From Raillietiella orientalis (Eukaryota), in assembly GCA_036172245.1 (NCBI GenBank), contig JAYWIR010000019.1:620001-684000 (forward strand): DNA of 64,000 bases, given 5' to 3'. The notes beneath the pieces are model-generated. The model was not told the DNA's origin. It saw only the letters and a list, made by a program, of their open reading frames with translations, and made no database searches. Below, one piece after another: positions 53,901-62,900 of the stretch (the first letter of the stretch is position 1; the number at the start of each line of letters is the position of its first letter). The position numbers and the translations under genes are program-made.

Positions 53901-56900
53901 TCTCTACCTATTGCTGGATTGGTTGGAAGATCAGGAAGCATTATTACCAGCAATCTTAGTTTATGAACCACAAATGTACACCATTGAGAACAAAGAAAAG
54001 ATATGCAAGGTTGGTAATGTTGATGACTACAACTGTTCGTTTCTTAATTGTTTTTGAACAGGAGCTGCTACAAAAGTGTGATTTCAATTTGCAAACTTTG
54101 GAATTGTATGAAAAGATTGCATTAGAAAATGATCTCCATGCTAATAGTATTGCAAAACACAATGTTCCCATTGTGAATGTTCTTAAAGAAGTCATGCTCA
54201 GGTACAATTCCAAAGTTCGTCAGACAAGTCGTTTTTTATTTGTGATTGCTAGGTACAATCAAGTCAGGGCAGCCTTACAGTTGCAGCTACATAATATAAT
54301 GCAGTTAACAAATAATTGGCAAGACTATTGCCAGTTAGAGCATGAGTTAGTCTCTTTGTTCGATGAGATTGACGCCATCTGCCGATGTGCACATACTGAA
54401 GCCAGTGTGCATCCGTACTGTGAGCTATACAAAGAATTATTACACTTTGAGGTAAGGAGTATGAATATTCCAGTGTCTGCACTTGTTGTTATTTGTTGTT
54501 ATAGGAACTGTCTAGAAAAATGTACAATTCTCTACCAGTAATAAACAGACTGAAGAGCATTTTGCCGCTTTACTGCGAGTTCCCTCCAATCCCGCCCACG
54601 GAATCTCCTCAAGAGCATCTAAATGTTATCTGCAAGCGTTGGCAAGCAACATCAGCCAGAATACATGCTGTGCTTCGTCGCTTGCAGTTTAGCGAACATT
54701 TAGAGGCGTCTTTCCGCCGACTGCTGGAAATCAACACTGTAGAATTGACTCGGTTAGAAGCACGTTTGGGTGCTTGGGAGCAAAGTTTGGTGAAGAAAAA
54801 AACTTGCCAGTTGGATCAGGTATTTAACAGAGTGAAGGAACCGTCTGTTTATCCGGCACTCCTAGGATCTCCCACGGGAATTTCATTTGCTGCGGGACCA
54901 TGTGGTCCGCTTCCTTCAATTGCGTGACTACTTGATTCTGAGGAGCTGTCCAAGTGATGCTGAGCAGTTCTTTGAAAGAGGGCAGAGAGTAATCCGTTTT
55001 TTCAATGAGCTGTGCACTCGGTTTCTGGCAAGTCCGCTTTTGCCGTGTGAACCGGTAAGCACACCTCCATGTAATCAACCCCTCGAATGAACGGCATGCG
55101 TGAATGCTCGCCTCCGTAAAGTGTTCATGCTCAATTATCCCGTTTCGAATGTTCCAGACTTCCGAAATCGACCTCGTACCCATCGTGTCCAGCATTCATT
55201 CAGTTTCCGGCCTGCTGTGGTTACTCCCTCTTGTAGAAACAAAGGACATGTACGCACATCTTTCAGAGGTAAGACACTTTTCTCCGCAAACAGCTGCTGC
55301 AACGTGCCGATTTCACATTAGGATTTAACAGTAGTCGATGGCAATTTATCGAAAGATACCCGTTTACGTGTTGGATCCACGCTCCCCGAAGAATCGTCGG
55401 AGGAGGCAACTTGCATCTCAGACGTGCCTCTGTTTAACGAACATGAAAAACAGAAGGTGCTTGGACCACCTGACAGTGAGGATGCAAATACTTTGGAAGC
55501 CTTCACCAACCGGCATGAAAATCAAGAATTACGCAAGCAGAGGTCAGCTCTAGAAGGAAATTTTACAAGCAAATTACAGGAAAGGAAAACTGAGCTCCCC
55601 AGTAGTTTCTGGTTCCAAAGAGTATTGCAAGAAATCCCCAAATCTAAAAATTTGAGATTTGGGAACGCTCCTTCGTACAGGAGCAATCTGAACTACTCTT
55701 GGGGCTCCTCCACATCAGAAAAAGAAAATGGCGTTATAGAACCCTCTGCAGAAAACTCCATGCCATGTGCTAGGACTGAAGAAGAAGCAAAACACCTTGC
55801 TGTCCCAGACACAAATGTCATTCATTCATTCAAGTTTGGGAATGAGCAAAAAGAATTGAAACCAGCTTCAAGCACCTTGGACGAATCCAGCAACTATGTA
55901 TCGCCCGCACTCGACGTCGTGATTTCAAAAGAGAGCGCATCAGAACCAAAGCAACTCAAAAAACGAAAGCAACAGCACAGATGGAAGAAGAAACGTAATC
56001 CAAAATCTGACGAGCAGATTGGGGCTACAGAATCCGGAATCCAATATAAGGTTGCAGAAGACAGACATGATTCTGCCTTCACTTTGGGTTCAGCTTATCA
56101 GCAGTTTCAAATCAACTTGCAAAAGCTGAACGATGAGATCCAGCAAATCTCACGAAACTTGAATCATGAGGTAGTCCATTCCAACTTATTGCACAAATCC
56201 AAATGGCAAACCAATATGGAAAAACCCATATATCAAGAGACTCATTATTCGCCTTACCAAATCAAAACTGTGATGTCGTCAGAACAGCAAACGAGAAGTC
56301 AGATGGACAAATTAAGACCTATAAAAACCGCGCAAGAGAGTACAAGTGACAATTTTTTCGTCCGACCATGCAAACCACAAGTTACAATGCAAAAAAATAC
56401 ACAGTTGCAATTCTCCGTTCCTTATGAAATAGAAGACCATGATATGAACCTCCCTAGTCGGGACAAACTCGTGAAACCTCAACAGAACTCTGATCATTCA
56501 CCAGATCATCCAGAAAAAGTGCCGAATACAAGTGAACAACAAGTACACGACACCCGCCATACCTACGAAGATAATCATGTCGACACCAATACAGTTCAAA
56601 ATATATGCAGACAGTTATCAGAAACACCACTCGAAGCGAACTCCCTGCAAACACATCACAGCAAGAGGAAACAGCCTTCAAGCATCCGCCTCTCGAAACC
56701 AACGAGCAACATAGTTGCAGATACAGAAGAAAGCAAAGAAAAGTCAGCCAGTGCTCCAGAACAAACAAGTCGTAATGTAGAAAGCAAATTTCCATCACCG
56801 CTAAGGGATGAAAATCAAGAAAAATACATAAACCAGTGGTTCTCAGAAGAACTGCAAAAATTCCAAATTTTATTTTCAAACCAAAACGACCAAGAGCCAC

Positions 56901-59900
56901 GAGTGGACGTGCTTCTCCATCAAATCAGCGTCGAAACCTCAAATATCCTCATCGATTTAAACAAAGCAGACATTTCAACAACAATTACAAATACTCTGCT
57001 TACTGATTCAGCGAACCTTTCGACCGGGTACAACTCAGAAGCACACGATCATAACACTGAAAGAATTCAAAGCATAAATAAGTCGCTTCCACGTAAACAC
57101 ATATCAGCACCCAGTAGAGCAACATGGTACTCACACGAAACACAGAAACTACAAATACTAGTTACACCACAAACCCAAAATACATTTATATGCCCTCGGC
57201 AACAAACTTCTACAAGTAACTCCTCAATTAATGAAGAGCAGCATCCCGATCTGCCGTTAATAGACACATTCGAAAGAATTGAAAGCATTGACATCTCGCG
57301 TAGATGTTCATTTGACGGCAACCAACAAACACAACAAACCCAACACTCTCATACATCCGATTGGATACAACAGACTCACACTGCGATCCACAACACAATG
57401 ATCACATCAACAAACAGGCACACAATACCAGACCCGAATTACGATCGCAAAGATCAAAACAAAACATTCACAGACGAACAACAGAACACAGATAAGCACA
57501 TCGGAATTCCTCAACTTCATAGCACACGAAAACATACTACACAACAAATCACAAAACCTCAATCCTACGACAAAATCAACTCCACACACGCAACCCAGCA
57601 AATCTCCAAAACACCGTCGGTCAAACAAACCACAACCAACAAAACCGAACAAGGACAACCAACAAAATACAAGCGAACTGATGAAACACCAACGAAACTA
57701 ACAACTGCAACACCAAACAAATATATCGAAACATCAAACCGAACAACTAACACTGCTCAGCCTAACCAAAACAACAACGGAAATTCAAAACGATTACAAA
57801 AAAAAGCATCTCAAATACAAAAAAAGGACAGAAACACACAGGCACCGATCACGCAACCATCACAAAAAACCGACAAACACACCCAATCAACAAACAACGC
57901 CAACATAAACACAAAAATCGACCACCACAAAACCTACAGAATAAACACAAAAATTCACACATTACACAACAAAACCATACAAACAACCAAAATAAAAACC
58001 AGAATCAAAGACTCACCAATTAACGACAAAATACCAAAAGATACTGTAATCTCACAGACAGAACTCAAACACAACAAACGAACAAACATACCCGAAAACG
58101 TCATTACGGAAGAGCCAGCTGCTGCGACTTCTGCGGAAGAAGTAGCTGAGGAGAAGCCCGCGGCGCCGGTGGAATCCGCTGTGGAGCCGGCTACGGCGGC
58201 TACAAGAGGCGTGGAAGTGTCGGCGCCGGAGCTCCCTGCAAGGAGATCCGCTGTGGAGCGCGGAGCCACCGTTCCGGCGACGCTGTCGTTTGCCGAGCCG
58301 GAGGAGGACGTGTACCTGGACGAGGNNNNNNNNNNNNNNNNNNNNNNNNNNNNNNNNNNNNNNNNNNNNNNNNNNNNNNNNNNNNNNNNNNNNNNNNNNN
58401 NNNNNNNNNNNNNNNNNNNNNNNNGTGTCTGCTGGTGTCGTCGCGGAAGCGGAGTCCGTGGAAGAGCATGCGGATGCGAAGAAGGAAGCGGCGCCATTTC
58501 CCGCGGAAGAAGCGCCTGCTGAGGAAGATTCGTTTCCGGCGGTTGGTCCCGAGGAAGCTGCGCGTCCCGGCGGGCTGTCTTCCCTGGCCGGCCTGCTGTC
58601 TCGCGGCGTGCGGGGCTTGATCTCGCTGTCCGAGGGGCAGAAGGTGCCGGCACGTGGTGCTGCTTCGGAGGAGGTTTCCGTGGTGGCGGCGGGACGGGAA
58701 GACGGTGCCCGTGCCGCGGTGGCGGCCGTAAGGACGGTGGAAGACGCGACGTGGCTCCCGGAAGGCGTCGTTGCGGAAGCGCCTGTCGCTGCGGCTCCTG
58801 CGGAAGACGTGGCTGAGGAGAAGCCCGCGGCGCCGGTGGATTCCGTTGTGGAGCCGGCTACGGCGGCTGCAAGAGGCGTGGAAGTGTCGGCGCCGGAGCT
58901 CCCTGCAAGGAGATCTGCTGTGGAGCGCGGAGCCTCCGTTCCGGCGACGGTGTCGTTTGCCGAGCCGGAGGAGGACGTGTACCTGGACGAGGTGTCTGCG
59001 GTTGCGTCGGCTGTGTGGAGCGGCAGGCTGCGCGCGTCGGAGGAGCCGGCCGCGGGGCGTCGCGCTGGCGTGTTCGCCGGTGAGGTCGCCTCCGAGGAGG
59101 AGGTTCCCCTTCGCGAGCTGCTGGCCGAGGAGGAGTCGTCGGCCGCGTCCCTTGGAAGAGACTTTTTCCCTGATCGACCGGTGGAGGTGGGAGGTGCCCT
59201 GCCTTCTGCTGCTGTGCTGGCGTACGATCCCTGTGCGCACGCTGTGTTGTCCGTCGAAGCGTCCGGAAAGGAGACTGTGTGGAGTGGCGTTCCGGCGCCG
59301 ACGGTGGTACCGCAAGCATTGGGAGCGGCGCCGTGTCCCGGCGAAGACTACTTTGGAAGGACGTACCGCGTGGACGAGTATTTGGTCCGCGTCGAACCGG
59401 ATGTGTCTCTGGTGCCGCTCGGGGAGGCGGCTCCACCTGGAAGCGCTCCCTGCGAATTCGTGGACGCAGTGGCTGCTGACCGCGGCGCTGTGCTTCCCGC
59501 TGCGTCGCCGGTGTCGGCCGCAGCGGTTCCCCGTGAGCCCGTGGCTCCCGAAGAGGAAGGAGAGGTGTGTGGAGTTGCGGAGCTGGCGGAGGAGGTGCCG
59601 CGTTCGCCGGCTGCTCCCGATGTCCGTGTGCGCAGAGGTGTGGCGCGGAAGACCAGGGAGCGTGTCGCCGTTTCACCTGCTTCGGATGCGCCTGCCGAGG
59701 GGCTGCCCGTGTGGTTAGCGGGCGAGAAGATGGAGGAGAAGGAAAGCGGCGTGCTGACAAGGGACCGCAAGCTGCAGTCCGCGGAGATTGCCTACGCGCG
59801 GGCCATGCAGGCTCACAGGAAGGTTGTTGCTCCGGACCGTGCGGCCAGAAGCGTGGTTGTTTCTTCTGCCGTGCTCGCCGCCCCGGTGGACGCGGCGCCT

Positions 59901-62900
59901 TCGCCGCCGAAAACGGAAGCTGAATCCGTTCCTGGAGACGTGTGGCGTGAGCCTTCGTCGTCCGAGGAACGTTGGCCCCCTCCGGCGGATGCTGCGCGGA
60001 AGGTTGCGCTGTCAGCTGAGGAGCCGGAGGCCGCTCTTTCGCTCCCGACCGCCGAAGAGAAGAGGGACGTGCTTGTCCCGTCGTCGCTGGTGTGCGACGC
60101 TGCGCGGGAACGCTCTGGTCCGGAGTCGTTTGCGCCCGCTGCCGACGAGGAAGGCGTTTCGCGGGCACCGCCTGCTGCGGACGTGCTCGGGGCGGTGGTG
60201 TCTGCTGGTGTCGTCGCGGAAGCGGAGTCCGTGGAAGAGCATGCGGATGCGAAGAAGGAAGCGGCGCCATTTCCCGCGGAAGAAGCGCCTGCTGAGGAAG
60301 ATTCGTTTCCGGCGGTTGGTCCCGAGGAAGCTGCGCGTCCCGGCGGGCTGTCTTCCCTGGCCGGCCTGCTGTCTCGCGGCGTGCGGGGCTTGATCTCGCT
60401 GTCCGAGGGGCAGAAGGTGCCGGCACGTGGTGCTGCTTCGGAGGAGGTTTCCGTGGTGGCGGCGGGACGGGAAGACGGTGCCCGTGCCGCGGTGGCGGCC
60501 GTAAGGACGGTGGAAGACGCGACGTGGCTCCCGGAAGGCGTCGTTGCGGAAGCGCCTGTCGCTGCGGCTCCTGCGGAAGACGTGGCTGAGGAGAAGCCCG
60601 CGGCGCCGGTGGATTCCGTTGTGGAGCCGGCTACGGCGGCTGCAAGAGGCGTGGAAGTGTCGGCGCCGGAGCTCCCTGCAAGGAGATCTGCTGTGGAGCG
60701 CGGAGCCTCCGTTCCGGCGACGGTGTCGTTTGCCGAGCCGGAGGAGGACGTGTACCTGGACGAGGTGTCTGCGGTTGCGTCGGCTGTGTGGAGCGGCAGG
60801 CTGCGCGCGTCGGAGGAGCCGGCCGCGGGGCGTCGCGCTGGCGTGTTCGCCGGTGAGGTCGCCTCCGAGGAGGAGGTTCCCCTTCGCGAGCTGCTGGCCG
60901 AGGAGGAGTCGTCGGCCGCGTCCCTTGGAAGAGACTTTTTCCCTGATCGACCGGTGGAGGTGGGAGGTGCCCTGCCTTCTGCTGCTGTGCTGGCGTACGA
61001 TCCCTGTGCGCACGCTGTGTTGTCCGTCGAAGCGTCCGGAAAGGAGACTGTGTGGAGTGGCGTTCCGGCGCCGACGGTGGTACCGCAAGCATTGGGAGCG
61101 GCGCCGTGTCCCGGCGAAGACTACTTTGGAAGGACGTACCGCGTGGACGAGTATTTGGTCCGCGTCGAACCTGTGTCTCTGGTGCCGCTCGGGGAGGCGG
61201 CTCCACCTGGAAGCGCTCCCTGCGAATTCGTGGACGCAGTGGCTGCTGACCGCGGCGCTGTGCTTCCCGCTGCGTCGCCGGTGTCGGCCGCAGCGGTTCC
61301 CCGTGAGCCCGTGGCTCCCGAAGAGGAAGGAGAGGTGTGTGGAGTTGCGGAGCTGGCGGAGGAGGTGCCGCGTTCGCCGGCTGCTCCCGATGTCCGTGTG
61401 CGCAGAGGTGTGGCGCGGAAGACCAGGGAGCGTGTCGCCGTTTCACCTGCTTCGGATGCGCCTGCCGAGGGGCTGCCCGTGTGGTTAGCGGGCGAGAAGA
61501 TGGAGGAGAAGGAAAGCGGCGTGCTGACAAGGGACCGCAAGCTGCAGTCCGCGGAGATTGCCTACGCGCGGGCCATGCAGGCTCACAGGAAGGTTGTTGC
61601 TCCGGACCGTGCGGCCAGAAGCGTGGTTGTTTCTTCTGCCGTGCTCGCGCCGCCCGGTGGACGCGGCGCGCTTCCGCGCCGAAAACGGAAGCTGAATCCG
61701 TCCTGGAGACGTGTGGCGTGAGCCTTCGTCATCCGAGGAGCGTTGGCCCCCTCCGGCGGATGCTGCGCGGAAGGTTGCTGTCAGCTGAGGGCGGAGGCCG
61801 CTCTTTCGCTCCCGACATGAAGAGAAGAGGGTCGTGCTTGTCCCGTCGTCGCTGGTGTGCGACGCTGCGCGGGAACGCTCTGGTCCGGAGTCGTTTGCGC
61901 CCGCTGCCGACGAGGAAGGCGTTTCGCGGGCACCGCCTGCTGCGGACGTGCTCGGGGCGGTGGTGTCTGCTGGTGTCGTCGCGGAAGCGGAGTCCGTGGA
62001 AGAGCATGCGGATGCGAAGAAGGAAGCGGCGCCATTTCCCGCGGAAGAAGCGCCTGCTGAGGAAGATTCGTTTCCGGCGGTTGGTCCCGAGGAAGCTGCG
62101 CGTCCCGGCGGGCTGTCTTCCCTGGCCGGCCTGCTGTCTCGCGGCGTGCGGGGCTTGATCTCGCTGTCCGAGGGGCAGAAGGTGCCGGCACGTGGTGCTG
62201 CTTCGGAGGAGGTTTCCGTGGTGGCGGCGGGACGGGAAGACGGTGCCCGTGCCGCGGTGGCGGCCGTAAGGACGGTGGAAGACGCGACGTGGCTCCCGGA
62301 AGGCGTCGTTGCGGAAGCGCCTGTCGCTGCGGCTCCTGCGGAAGACGTGGCTGAGGAGAAGCCCGCGGCGCCGGGGGATTCCGTTGTGGAGCCGGCTACG
62401 GCGGCTGCAAGAGGCGTGGAAGTGTCGGCGCCGGAGCTCCCTGCAAGGAGATCTGCTGTGGAGCGCGGAGCCTCCGTTCCGGCGACGGGGTCGTTTGCCG
62501 AGCCGGAGGAGGACGTGTACCTGGACGAGGTGTCTGCGGTTGCGTCGGCTGTGTGGGCGGCAGGCTGCGCGCGTCCGGAGGAGCCAGCCGCGGGGCGTCG
62601 CGCTGGCGTAACCGCCGGTGAGGTCGCCTCCGAGGAGGAGTTTCCCCTTGCGAGCTGGCCGAGTCGTCGGCCGCGTCCCTTGGAAGAGACTTTTTCCCTG
62701 ATCGACCGGTGGAGGTGGGAGGTGCCCTGCCTTCTGCTGCTGTGCTGGCGTACGATCCCTGTGCGCACGCTGGGTTGTCCGTCGAAGCGTCCGGAAAGGA
62801 GACTGTGTGGAGTGGCGTTCCGGCGCCGACGGTGGTACCGCAAGCATTGGGAGCGGCGCCGTGTCCCGGCGAAGACTACTTTGGAAGGACGTACCGCGTG

